Positions 28,348 to 37,110 of a DNA stretch of 64,000 nucleotides are shown here, one piece after another. This DNA comes from Chloroflexota bacterium (GTDB taxonomy: Bacteria > Chloroflexota > Dormibacteria > CF-121): the NCBI GenBank assembly GCA_005881175.1, contig VBEN01000025.1, forward strand, positions 21,548 through 85,547, in the 5' to 3' direction. Below the pieces are notes generated by a model. The model was not told the origin of the DNA, did not search any database, and was given only the letters and a program-made list of their open reading frames with translations. Every line of letters starts with the position of its first letter. Position 1 is the stretch's first letter. Position numbers and translations under genes: made by a program.

Positions 28348-29864
28348 CCGCCGCCTCGCGAGAGCATCGTCAGCACGGAGAAATTGACGCTGTCCATAAG
28401 GATGGCGGGCAACACGCCCAGGAGAACGATCAAGGAGAGCAGGCCCACGCCGTTGGCCAGCTCGAGTGTTCCCAGGTCGCGGACGCGGCTGAGATGCTCG
28501 GCCGCCGGCCCGAAGAAGATGCGTTGAATGCTCCAGATCATGACGCCCGCCACCATCAGCACACCCAGAAGTGCCAGCGGGGTGGCGAGCCGGTGGCCGG
28601 GGTACGCCCCCAGCACGACCAGGAGCTGCCCCACGAAGCCGGCCAGGCCGGGGAATCCGGCGGCGGCGAGCGCGGCCAGGACCCAGAGCATCGTGCTCCG
28701 GCTCATCCGTCCGGCCATCCCGCCCATCGCCCGGATCGAGCTGGTGTTGGCCCGCTCGATGGTGGCGGCCGCCAGCAGCATCAGGAGAGCGGCGCTGAGC
28801 CCGTCGGCGATCATCAGCAGGACGGCTCCGTTGATCGCGAGGGGAACGGCGGCGGCGGCCCCCAGCAGCACCAGCCCCATGTGGCTCATGACCACGTAGC
28901 CGAGCAAGCGGCGCAGATTGTCCTGCGCGAAAGCAGCGACCGCGCTCCAGAGCACAGTCACCACCGCGATCACGATCACGGCGCCGACGATCTTGTGAAA
29001 GGCGTCCTGGAACTCGCCAACATCCACGCGGATGATGCCGTAGCCGCCCAGCTTCACGACAAGGCCGGCCAGGATCATGGCGACGGGCGCCGGAGCTTCG
29101 GCCTGGGCATCGATGAACCAGGTGTGGAACGGAAACACCGGCAGCCTGACCGCAAAGGCGATGAAAGACAGCCAGGCGATCAAGGTCGCCAGCGCCACCG
29201 GCAGCGTGGCGTCGTGCAGCGTCACCATATCGAAGGTCCGTGTCGGCGCCTTGAAATACAGGATCAAGATGGCGAGCAGCAGCAGCGCGCTCCCCGCCAG
29301 GTCAACCGCCAGGAATTTCCAGGCAGCGCGGAGCCGGCGAGCGCCGCCGAAGCGGGCGATCAACAGGAACATCGGGACGCTCTGCAGCTGCCAGAACAGG
29401 AAGAAGAGCAGGTAATCCAGCGAGGCGAAAACTCCGTTGACGCCGGTCTCCAGGATCAGCAGCAGGACGAAATACTCTTTCGTCTGCTCGCGCACCCGGC
29501 TTGAAGCCAGCACTGCGAAGAAGAAGAGGAAGCCGCTGAGCAGGAGCAGCGCCATGCTGATGCCATCGACGCCGAGGTGATAGCTGGCGCCGGCTCCAGG
29601 AAGCCAGGGGCGGGTCTCTTCGTAGGCAAAGCTTCCGCTCTGATCGCGAAAGCCGTACCACATGACCACCGCGAGCCCCAGCACCAGCGCCGATGCTCCG
29701 ATAGCAAAGGACCGGATCCGCTCCCGGTGGGCGTCGGTTCGCGTGGGGAAGAACAGCAACCCGATTGCGGCCAAGGCCGGGACCCAGACCATGCCACTGA
29801 GGAGCAGGGTGGGCAGCGCGACCGCCGTCGTCGTCGCCTGGGGGACCGCCTCGAGCAGGGTCAT
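28344..29864 (-). CDS. nuoM: NADH-quinone oxidoreductase subunit M
   Basis: ND4/NuoM-like protein of 506 aa, overlapping nuoL by 4 nt. Confidence 0.85.
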   Translation of the reverse strand: MTLLEAVPQATTTAVALPTLLLSGMVWVPALAAIGLLFFPTRTDAHRERIRSFAIGASALVLGLAVVMWYGFRDQSGSFAYEETRPWLPGAGASYHLGVDGISMALLLLSGFLFFFAVLASSRVREQTKEYFVLLLILETGVNGVFASLDYLLFFLFWQLQSVPMFLLIARFGGARRLRAAWKFLAVDLAGSALLLLAILILYFKAPTRTFDMVTLHDATLPVALATLIAWLSFIAFAVRLPVFPFHTWFIDAQAEAPAPVAMILAGLVVKLGGYGIIRVDVGEFQDAFHKIVGAVIVIAVVTVLWSAVAAFAQDNLRRLLGYVVMSHMGLVLLGAAAAVPLAINGAVLLMIADGLSAALLMLLAAATIERANTSSIRAMGGMAGRMSRSTMLWVLAALAAAGFPGLAGFVGQLLVVLGAYPGHRLATPLALLGVLMVAGVMIWSIQRIFFGPAAEHLSRVRDLGTLELANGVGLLSLIVLLGVLPAILMDSVNFSVLTMLSRGGG

Positions 29865-31801
29865 CCGACTTTCCCAATCACGCGGCCAGCGAGCATCATG
29901 GTGACCGTCGCCAGCACAACCATGCCCGCCAGCAGGCCGATGACCAGCTGGCGCGGACGAACATCCGGCAGCCAGCGCCGCGGCTGGCCGGCGAATGCCA
30001 CGCTATCGGCGACCAGGTCGACAGTCGCGTCGACGCGCTGCTCGATCCAGCCGGCGGCGCGGCTCGCCGGCATCAGCAGCCCGGCGGCGCCGAAGTGGTA
30101 GGCCCGTTCGACAAACAGTCCCTCTGCCATCGCCCGTCGAACCGGTTCCAGGGCGACGACCGGACGCGGGCGGGCGTAGATGACCCAGGCGATGCCCGCG
30201 CCCAGCACGGCGGCAGCGGCGATGATGCCGGCCGCCACGAAGTGCGAATTCGACACGGTCACGCCCGGGAAGGTGACAAAGGCGATCGGGTCGGTACGCC
30301 CGCGGATGCCGCGGATCCCCGCGGCGGTGCACGGGATTGCCAGGATGACCATCGCGGTCGCGATTCGGCCACCCGCATCGCGGATGCGTTCCGGTTCGAA
30401 GCGGCGCCGGCGCGCCGTCTCCCCGGTGAACGCCAGTCTGAAGATGCGGACCAGGGCCATCGCGCCGAGGAAGGTCACCGCCGTGATCAGGATGATGGCA
30501 ATCGGGCTGCGCAGCGCCAGCGCTTTGGACAGCATGGCGTCTTTGCTCCAGAAGGTGCTGAACGGCGGAATCCCCGCCCCGGCTGCCACCGCGATGAGCA
30601 TCACCCAGCCGGTGAGTGGCATTCGTCGCCAGAGGCCTCCCATTTCCGCCAGCCGCTCGGTGCGCAGCTCGCGGATGATGACCCCGGCGGCGAGAAAGAG
30701 CAGCGCCTTGGGCCAGGCGTGGGCGAAGACCTCGAAGATGCTGGCGCCGTAGGCGCCGATGCCGAGCGCGAGCACCATCAGGCCGAGCTCGCTCATGGTG
30801 GTGTAGGCGATCGCGCGCTTGAGGTTCTCCTGGAAAAGCGCCCAGAGGACGCCGAGCACGGCGGTCAAACCGCCTGCGATGGCCAGCAAGGCCAGCGCCC
30901 GGGGGCTGGCGTGAAACAGGGCGTACGCGCGGGCCAGCAGGTAGACGCCGCACAGCGCGGCGCCGGCCGAGTGCAGCAGCGCGGCAGCCGGCGCCGGCGC
31001 CTGGGCGCTTCCCGGGAGCCAGGCATGCAGCGGGAACTGCGCCGACTTGGCGGCCGCGCCCAGAAAGACCAGGATTGACATGATGAAGAGGCCGTTGGCA
31101 CTGACCTTGCCGCCCGTGTACTGGGTCGCCAGCGTCTGAAAGTTGAGCTCGCCGAATCGGAAAAAGATGTACGCGATTCCGGCCAGCAGGGCGAGATCGC
31201 CCGCCAGCGAGAGGACGAACGCCCTCGCGGCCGCCGCCGCGGCTTCTTCACGCTGCCACCAGTAGCCGACCATCAAGTAGGTCGACAGCGTCACCAACCC
31301 GAAGAAGAGCAGCATCTCGAAGTAGCTCGTCGAAAGCGTCACCCCGGTCATCGCAAAAGTGGCGAAGAGAAGCACGCTGAAAAATCGGACCGGGCCGTCC
31401 TCCCGACGGATGAAGGCGAGGGCGTAGACCTGCACCAGCAGGCTGGTCAGCGTCACCGCGATCAACATCACGGCCGCCAGTGGGTCCGCCAGTACGCCCC
31501 ACTGGAGAAGGAATTCGGAGGCCGATCCGGTCTGTCCGGTCAAAAGCTGGAGGAAGGTCGCGTTGCGCTCCAGGTGAATCGGGTGCGCGATCTCGATGGC
31601 GACCACCAGCAGGGCGCAGACCACCGCCGCCAGCGTGAAGATGACCGAGATCGCCGCGCTCAACCGGCGCGAGTCGACGGTGAAGGCGAGGATGATGAGC
31701 AGCGCGATCAGGGGCAAAAGCAGCGCGAAGAGCGCGAGCAAGGTCGGGCTCCAGGTGTCGAGCGGACCCTTGGGCGCGGCGGCGAGCAGAGTCAGGATCA
31801 C
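29861..31801 (-). CDS. nuoL: NADH-quinone oxidoreductase subunit L
   Basis: ND5/NuoL-like protein of 646 aa with the long C-terminal extension typical of subunit L. Confidence 0.85.
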   Translation of the reverse strand: MILTLLAAAPKGPLDTWSPTLLALFALLLPLIALLIILAFTVDSRRLSAAISVIFTLAAVVCALLVVAIEIAHPIHLERNATFLQLLTGQTGSASEFLLQWGVLADPLAAVMLIAVTLTSLLVQVYALAFIRREDGPVRFFSVLLFATFAMTGVTLSTSYFEMLLFFGLVTLSTYLMVGYWWQREEAAAAAARAFVLSLAGDLALLAGIAYIFFRFGELNFQTLATQYTGGKVSANGLFIMSILVFLGAAAKSAQFPLHAWLPGSAQAPAPAAALLHSAGAALCGVYLLARAYALFHASPRALALLAIAGGLTAVLGVLWALFQENLKRAIAYTTMSELGLMVLALGIGAYGASIFEVFAHAWPKALLFLAAGVIIRELRTERLAEMGGLWRRMPLTGWVMLIAVAAGAGIPPFSTFWSKDAMLSKALALRSPIAIILITAVTFLGAMALVRIFRLAFTGETARRRRFEPERIRDAGGRIATAMVILAIPCTAAGIRGIRGRTDPIAFVTFPGVTVSNSHFVAAGIIAAAAVLGAGIAWVIYARPRPVVALEPVRRAMAEGLFVERAYHFGAAGLLMPASRAAGWIEQRVDATVDLVADSVAFAGQPRRWLPDVRPRQLVIGLLAGMVVLATVTMMLAGRVIGKVG

Positions 31802-31813
31802 GGGCCGGTCGAC

Positions 31814-32122
31814 CTACCCACGATCCGCATCGATGCCGAGGCTATGACCCTCGCGATACAGCAGGACCGCCATGGCGAGCCCAATGGCCAGTTCGGCCAC
31901 AGCGATCGCGCCCGCAAAAAGCGCCACCGCCTGGCCGCCTGCCGCGTGGGATGCGCCAAGTCCGAAGCGGGCGAACGCCACAAACGCGATGCCCCCGGCC
32001 ATGAACATGAATTGCGTGCCGAGCAGCGCGACGAACGCATTGCGCCGGGCAACAAGCGCGAAGGCGCCGACCGCGAGCAGCGCGGCCGACCCCACCAGGA
32101 AGAGATTCAGGCCAGCGCTCAA
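31814..32122 (-). CDS. nuoK: NADH-quinone oxidoreductase subunit K
   Basis: TTG 32122 overlaps the nuoJ TGA (TTGA). 'MSAGLNLFLVGSAALLAVGAFALVARRNAFVALLG...AELAIGLAMAVLLYRE' is NuoK-like, about 102 aa. The longer ORF to 32407 lies inside nuoJ. Confidence 0.8.
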   Translation of the reverse strand: MSAGLNLFLVGSAALLAVGAFALVARRNAFVALLGTQFMFMAGGIAFVAFARFGLGASHAAGGQAVALFAGAIAVAELAIGLAMAVLLYREGHSLGIDADRG

Positions 32123-32631
32123 CGGCGCGTGCCGCGAGAACCGCCACGGCCCCGTTCCGGCAAGGCTGGCGCGCCGCGAGGGCTCCGGCCAGTGAGCCGG
32201 GGCCCCGCGAGCAGCAGCCCGCTGCCCAGCGCGGCGGAGGCGAGCATAACGATGAGCGTCGCAAGTCCGACGATATAGGTGCTGGTCAACGTTCCGGCAA
32301 AGTCTTCCGGCACCGCGCAACAGACACGCACCGGCCAGGCGGTTGCACCGAGCACAACCGCGAGAAGCGCGAACAGGGCCGCTGACACCGCCGCGCCGAT
32401 GATCCATTCGCGGCCGAACGGCCCCACGGCCGACGCCGCGAGGCCCGTGGTTTCTCGCAGCAGAGCTATCAGGAGCGCGGCGCTCACGGTCGTGAAAACC
32501 AGAAGCTGGAGAGCAAAGAGCAGGAACGGAGCGATCGTCAGGTAGAGCAGCGCGACCAGCACCATGCTGCCGGCGAAGGCACCGATGGCGTAGAGGGTGT
32601 TGCGCATGAGCACGCCGCCGATCAACAGCAC
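32119..32631 (-). CDS. nuoJ: NADH-quinone oxidoreductase subunit J, N-terminally short
   Basis: 'VLLIGGVLMRNTLYAIGAFAGSMVLVALLYL...LQLLVFTTVSAALLIALL' is NuoJ-like. Only about 9 residues precede the conserved 'RN', against about 20 in homologues I recall. The upstream in-frame codons are hydrophilic and run into a stop. Confidence 0.75.
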   Translation of the reverse strand: MLLIGGVLMRNTLYAIGAFAGSMVLVALLYLTIAPFLLFALQLLVFTTVSAALLIALLRETTGLAASAVGPFGREWIIGAAVSAALFALLAVVLGATAWPVRVCCAVPEDFAGTLTSTYIVGLATLIVMLASAALGSGLLLAGPRLTGRSPRGAPALPERGRGGSRGTRR

Positions 32632-32661
32632 GGGGTCAGATTCTATCTTGCGAGGCGGGAA

Positions 32662-33450
32662 TCAGTATTCGACCTCGCCTTCACCGGGCGGCCAGTAGGT
32701 CTCCTCTTTGATCGAGGTCTGCTCGAAGCCACCTCGACGTAGAATCCCGCGCGCATTCACGATCATGCCGGCGTTGCCGCACAGGTAGGCAGTCGTCGTC
32801 TCGGCAGTCAACTCGAGCTTGTCGGCGTACTTTCGGATGAGATCGTCCACCCTCCCCCGCTCACCCTTCCATTCCGGATCCTCCCACGGCCGGCTGATGG
32901 TTTGAATGTAGGTGAGCCAGGGATATTCGTCGGCCAGCGCCAGCAGCTCGCGATCGTAACCGAACTCGTCCGAACGCGACACGCCCTGCAGCACGGTAAA
33001 CCGAAACGGCTCGGCCAGGCGGCCTTCCTTGAGGTCCTGCACCAGGGTGCGGACCATGCTGACGTAGGGCGCGATGCCGGTGACGGTCGAGATCAGGAAG
33101 TGCTGCTGGTGCCCGGATTTGACGTCGACGTTGAAGATCCCTTTGGCTTTCTTGCGCATGAACACGCAGTCGCCAATTTTCAGCTCATACAGCTGCGGCG
33201 AGAGGGCGCCTTCGGGCACGCGCTCGATGAAGAACTCAAGTTCGGGCTCGTAGGGGCTGGACACGATCGAGAACGCCCGCTCCAGGACCTTGTCGTGGTT
33301 GTCGACCCCGAAGGCAACGTACTGCCCCGCCTTGAAGGCCAGCGGCTCCGGGGGCTTCATCCAGACCGACCAGAGTGTCGGCGAGTAATCCTCCCGCCGG
33401 GTGATCGGGACCACCATGTACTTTTCAGCGTGATCGACAGCCACGGCCAC
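32662..33450 (-). CDS. Ferredoxin-NADP(+) reductase-type flavoenzyme (FNR/Fpr family)
   Basis: FAD site 'RAFSIVSSP', NADP site 'ISTVTGIAPY', 'YLCGNAGMI' and a C-terminal aromatic residue '...EVEY'. Confidence 0.85.
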   Translation of the reverse strand: MAVAVDHAEKYMVVPITRREDYSPTLWSVWMKPPEPLAFKAGQYVAFGVDNHDKVLERAFSIVSSPYEPELEFFIERVPEGALSPQLYELKIGDCVFMRKKAKGIFNVDVKSGHQQHFLISTVTGIAPYVSMVRTLVQDLKEGRLAEPFRFTVLQGVSRSDEFGYDRELLALADEYPWLTYIQTISRPWEDPEWKGERGRVDDLIRKYADKLELTAETTTAYLCGNAGMIVNARGILRRGGFEQTSIKEETYWPPGEGEVEY

Positions 33451-33454
33451 TATC

Positions 33455-33757
33455 CTATTCGCCGCTGGTTTGACTCAACGCCGGGCCGAAGATCAAGTCC
33501 AGCGCCACGCCGAAGACGGCGAGGACGACCCCAGCGGTCAGGAACGTGAAGGTGGCGCCTCCAGACAGGTAACCGCGACCCCACAAGGCGCCCAGCAGGA
33601 AGCAGAACGCGCCCAGGACCACCAACCAGTACGCCGTCCGACCGCGCCACGCCAGCTGGGCGGCGAGCACAGCACCCAGGCAGGTCAGGTACACCAGAGC
33701 GATAAGCGCGAAGGTCGGCAGCAGCGGATGCTGGGCGGCGGCGTCAAGCAGGCTCAC
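33455..33757 (-). CDS. Small membrane protein (3 predicted TM helices), unknown function
   Basis: GTG 33757 overlaps the mnmA stop. The 100-aa protein has three hydrophobic segments. There are 4 nt to the FNR-like gene. Confidence 0.55.
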   Translation of the reverse strand: MSLLDAAAQHPLLPTFALIALVYLTCLGAVLAAQLAWRGRTAYWLVVLGAFCFLLGALWGRGYLSGGATFTFLTAGVVLAVFGVALDLIFGPALSQTSGE

Positions 33758-34839
33758 CCGTCGGCGGCGATCGGGCCACCGCCGATCACCCGGTCGCCGT
33801 CGTAGAAGACCGCGGCCTGGCCGGGGGCGAGCGCCCGCTGCGGAACGTCGAAGTCGATGCGGGCCTGGTCACCCAGGGGCGTTATCAGGGCCGCGGCCTC
33901 GGGCGCGTGCGAGCGAATCTTCACTGTCGCGTTGAACGGTGCTCCGGGCGCGCGCCCTGCGACATACCGAACATCCTCCACCCGGCAAGTGCTCCGCAAC
34001 AACTGCTCGGGATCGCCCACCCGAATCGTGTTGCTCAGCGGATCGATCGCGCTGACGTAGCGAGGCGGGGACGCCGGTCCGTTGGACTGCAGCCGGAGTC
34101 CCGATCGCTGACCAACCGTGTACATCGCGATCCCGTCGTGCTCTCCGACGACGGCACCGCCCTCATCGACGATGGCCCCCGGACGTACGCGGTCGCGGAA
34201 GCGCTCTTTCAACAACGTTCGATAGCTACCGTCGGCTACGAAACAGATCTCCTGGCTTTCCGGCTTCAATGCCGTCTTCAGCTCGAGCGCCGCTGCTTTC
34301 TCGCGCACCTGGGACTTCGACCAGTCCCCGATCGGAAAGCGAAGCACGTGAAGCTCATCCTGGCCAAGCTGATAGAGGACGTACGACTGGTCCTTGCGCT
34401 GGTCGACGGCCTTGAGCAGCCTGTAGTCGTTCTCACCGCGCTCGATACGGGCGTAGTGGCCGGTCGCCAGCGCCTGCGCGCCCAGAGCCAACGCCTTGCG
34501 CAGCAGCAGTCCGAACTTGATCGTCTCGTTGCACCGAATGCACGGATTCGGCGTGCGCCCCTGCAGATAGGCTTCCGTGAACGGATCGATGACCGCCGTT
34601 CGGAAATCGTCTTCGAAGTTCAAGACGTAGTAGGGAATGCCGAGCTTGCTGGCGACCCGCCGCGCATCCTCGACCGCGTCCAGCGAGCAGCAGCCATGGT
34701 GCTTATCGAAGTCGCGGGCGGCCATCTCCTTCGGCCAGAGCTGCAGCGTCACTCCGAAGACGTCGTGACCGTGTTCGCGCATCATCGCGGCGGCGACCGA
34801 CGAGTCGACGCCGCCGCTCATGGCGACGGCGACTTTCAC
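33754..34839 (-). CDS. mnmA: tRNA 2-thiouridine(34) synthase MnmA
   Basis: GTG 34839 overlaps the NIL-gene TGA (GTGA). PP-loop '[10 protein letters not shown]', '[12 protein letters not shown]' and 'SQEICFV'. The ORF extension to 34938 overlaps the upstream gene. Confidence 0.9.
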   Translation of the reverse strand: MKVAVAMSGGVDSSVAAAMMREHGHDVFGVTLQLWPKEMAARDFDKHHGCCSLDAVEDARRVASKLGIPYYVLNFEDDFRTAVIDPFTEAYLQGRTPNPCIRCNETIKFGLLLRKALALGAQALATGHYARIERGENDYRLLKAVDQRKDQSYVLYQLGQDELHVLRFPIGDWSKSQVREKAAALELKTALKPESQEICFVADGSYRTLLKERFRDRVRPGAIVDEGGAVVGEHDGIAMYTVGQRSGLRLQSNGPASPPRYVSAIDPLSNTIRVGDPEQLLRSTCRVEDVRYVAGRAPGAPFNATVKIRSHAPEAAALITPLGDQARIDFDVPQRALAPGQAAVFYDGDRVIGGGPIAADG

Positions 34840-35099
34840 GCTGGCTCCAGCCGTTGGACCCCGATTCCCCGGCTGCGGCAATACTCCAGGGCCCGATCGA
34901 CCTCCGCCTGTTCGCCGTCGAGGTCGAGCTCGACCCACCCGCTGTCTTCGGCCACATCGGCCCGTCTGATGTTGGTCACGACCTTGTACTCCTGGCCAAG
35001 CCGGTAGATGATGGGGTCATTGAGGGTGTCGCCGCGGAATGTCAGGCGCACCGTCGTCCGCGCCACCAGGGCGTTAGCCTCCGGCGACTGCCGGGACAA
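34836..35099 (-). CDS. NIL-domain protein (ferredoxin-like fold, MetN C-terminal type)
   Basis: '[65 protein letters not shown]' matches the NIL-domain pattern. ATG 35099 overlaps the moaD-like gene by 26 nt. GTG 35066 is an alternative start. Confidence 0.7.
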   Translation of the reverse strand: MSRQSPEANALVARTTVRLTFRGDTLNDPIIYRLGQEYKVVTNIRRADVAEDSGWVELDLDGEQAEVDRALEYCRSRGIGVQRLEPA

Positions 35100-35349
35100 T
35101 GGATAGATCGTCGCTGTCCTTCAGCGGCGTCTTGAGCCCCGACCCGAACCGAATGTCCTCATCGTTCCGGTAGATGTTGATGAATTGCCGGAGCTCGCCC
35201 TTGTCGTCATAGAGCCGCTCCCGAAAACCCGGGTATTTCTCGTTCAGCTCGTCGAGCGCCTGCGAGACGTCGTCGGCATCGACCTCGACGATGGCCGCGC
35301 CGCGGGTGAGCTGGCGCAGCGCCCCGGGCACCCGAATTTTGACCGCCAT
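35074..35349 (-). CDS. MoaD/ThiS-family ubiquitin-like sulfur-carrier protein (C-terminal GG)
   Basis: 'MAVKIRVPGALRQLTRG...[31 protein letters not shown]' has a beta-grasp pattern and ends in Gly-Gly. ATG 35349 is chosen over the ORF start at 35400. Confidence 0.8.
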   Translation of the reverse strand: MAVKIRVPGALRQLTRGAAIVEVDADDVSQALDELNEKYPGFRERLYDDKGELRQFINIYRNDEDIRFGSGLKTPLKDSDDLSIVPAVAGG

Positions 35350-35358
35350 GTGGTGGTC

Positions 35359-35364
35359 ATTATA
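35359..35364 (-). promoter_or_regulatory. Perfect TATAAT -10 hexamer 9 nt upstream of the moaD-like ATG (leaderless or near-leaderless transcript)
   Basis: The reverse complement of 35359-35364 is TATAAT. The ATG is at 35349 and there is no Shine-Dalgarno sequence in between. Confidence 0.4.
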
Positions 35365-35372
35365 AGTAGGTA

Positions 35373-35397
35373 AGGCGGCGGGGTCTGCCCGCCGCCT
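35373..35397 (-). terminator. GC-rich hairpin (about 10-bp stem, 5-nt loop) after the APC permease gene
   Basis: AGGCGGCGGG-cagac-CCCGCCGCCT on the minus strand, 16 nt after the stop at 35413. It is followed by the T-rich 'TTACCTACTTATAAT', which is only a weak U-tract. Confidence 0.4.
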
Positions 35398-35412
35398 CAC
35401 GATCGCTCGACG

Positions 35413-36987
35413 TTACGCTGCGCGGGCTACCCGATCCGTCTTGCCTCGCTGCGCCACCAGGTAGTAGATGGCGCCGACGACGAGAATCACGGCAATCGTC
35501 GCCTCGAAGATGGGAACATTGCTGAGGGGACCGAGGTTCGGGATGTTCGGCAGCGCGCTCACTGGCGGATTGCTCGCCGCCCTGGGCCACATGAAGTTGA
35601 GGAGCATACTGCCGCCCCACACCAGTGCCAGGACGTTGACCACCATCCCCCAGCCGCCTAGCTTGAACGGCGCACCCTCGGTGGGCCAGCCTTTGCGGCG
35701 GGCGATCAGGATCGCGATGTTTCCCAGCAGGTAGGAGAAGTAGATCATCCCGGTGGCGGAGATTGCCACCAGCCCGGCGCCGGCGAAGTACAGGAATGGC
35801 ACGGCTGATAGCGCGCCCACGACCACGCAGGTCCAGACCGGCGTGTGCAGGGTGGGGTTGACCTTGTTGTAGAGGCGGGACAGGGGGAGCTTTTCATCCC
35901 GAGCCATGCCGAAGGCCAACCGGATGGTCGAGGTCTGGATTGCCAGGCAGCAGACGTAGATGGCCAGGAGCACGATCAGCAGGTAGAGATCTGACGCCCA
36001 GCTCGGCAAATTGGCGGTGATGATGTCGACCGGCGGCGCCACCTTCGCGGCTGCGGTATCAGCGACGTACTTGTGCACGTCACCGGGGATGGCGATGATC
36101 GTCGAGTAGAGGAAGATCGCCCCGATGATGAATGCGCCGATGACGGCGGCGATCACCGCTCTGGGTGCTTCCCGCCTCGGGTTTTTGGTCTCTTCCGCCA
36201 GCGTACTGGCGGTGTCGAACCCATAGATGACGAAAAGGGACATGAACATGGCGAGCATGAAGGTGCCGAACTGGTTGCCGAAGCCCGTTCCAAGCGCCGA
36301 GGTGTCGAAGACGACCCCCGCCGACTGGTGGTGGAAGAAGACCAGAAGCACCAGAGCGAACACGACCATGCCCAGGATCTCGAAGACAACCCCGGTGTTG
36401 TTGACCAGGGCGACCAGGCGGACGCCGTAGATGTTCAGGACCGTCGTGCTGATCAGGATCAGGGCGGCGATGATGACGTACGCCTGCGGCCCACCAGGCT
36501 CGCTGGCTAATGGAATGTGAAGCCCGAACAGGTTGTTCAGCAACGGTATCAAGACGATGGGGATCGTGAGGTCGACGGCTGAGACCGTCAGGATCCCGGC
36601 GAACAGGTAGACCCAGCCGGTGAACCATGAGTAGGTCCGATTGGACAGATACTTCGTCCACTGATAGACCGAGCCCGCAACCGGGAAGTGTGAACTCACC
36701 TCAGCGAAATTGAGGGCCACGATCAACTGACCGAGGGCAACGATGGGCCAGGTCCAGAAGAAGAACGCCCCACCGGTCGCGAGACCGAGTGCGTACAGCG
36801 TGAAGATGCCGGTGCTCGGCGAAATGTACGAGAAGGCGACGGCGAAGCTCGAGTAAATACCGAGGACCCGTTTCAGTTCCTGCTTGTAGCCGAAGCCGGC
36901 CAGGTCGCGGGCGTCGGCGGCCTCCTGGCCAATGGGTATGGGCTCGACGGGCGATTGCGATGGGCGCGTCAGGACGTCGTCGGGCAT
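35413..36987 (-). CDS. APC-superfamily amino acid permease
   Basis: 524 aa, about 12 TM segments. The N-terminal 'GYKQELKRVLGIYSSFAVAFSYISPSTGIF' is typical of amino acid/polyamine permeases. Confidence 0.85.
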   Translation of the reverse strand: MPDDVLTRPSQSPVEPIPIGQEAADARDLAGFGYKQELKRVLGIYSSFAVAFSYISPSTGIFTLYALGLATGGAFFFWTWPIVALGQLIVALNFAEVSSHFPVAGSVYQWTKYLSNRTYSWFTGWVYLFAGILTVSAVDLTIPIVLIPLLNNLFGLHIPLASEPGGPQAYVIIAALILISTTVLNIYGVRLVALVNNTGVVFEILGMVVFALVLLVFFHHQSAGVVFDTSALGTGFGNQFGTFMLAMFMSLFVIYGFDTASTLAEETKNPRREAPRAVIAAVIGAFIIGAIFLYSTIIAIPGDVHKYVADTAAAKVAPPVDIITANLPSWASDLYLLIVLLAIYVCCLAIQTSTIRLAFGMARDEKLPLSRLYNKVNPTLHTPVWTCVVVGALSAVPFLYFAGAGLVAISATGMIYFSYLLGNIAILIARRKGWPTEGAPFKLGGWGMVVNVLALVWGGSMLLNFMWPRAASNPPVSALPNIPNLGPLSNVPIFEATIAVILVVGAIYYLVAQRGKTDRVARAA

Positions 36988-37110
36988 ATGAGGGTTCCCT
37001 CCTCTCCCTTAGGTTCCGGCCAAACGTAGCAGAGCATCGGGGGTTCGTCAATCAGCTGTTTGGCCGCTCAACGGCCCGATTCTCCGGGCCCCGCCGCTAT
37101 ACTCCGGCGG

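Noticed and set aside
28239-29504. 421-aa plus-strand ORF antisense to nuoM. Similar long antisense ORFs occur at 15940-16947, 19011-19898, 25063-26193, 30095-31078, 52756-53607 and 61065-62345.
   Set aside because: All are antisense to genes with strong family signatures. They are dominated by R/G/P/D/H/Q runs and lack motifs, which marks them as high-G+C shadow ORFs.
26917-31801. nuoL/M/N-like genes as an Mrp-type cation/proton antiporter
   Set aside because: They are preceded by clear NuoJ and NuoK homologues in complex-I order. No MrpB/C/E/F/G-like small subunits are present.
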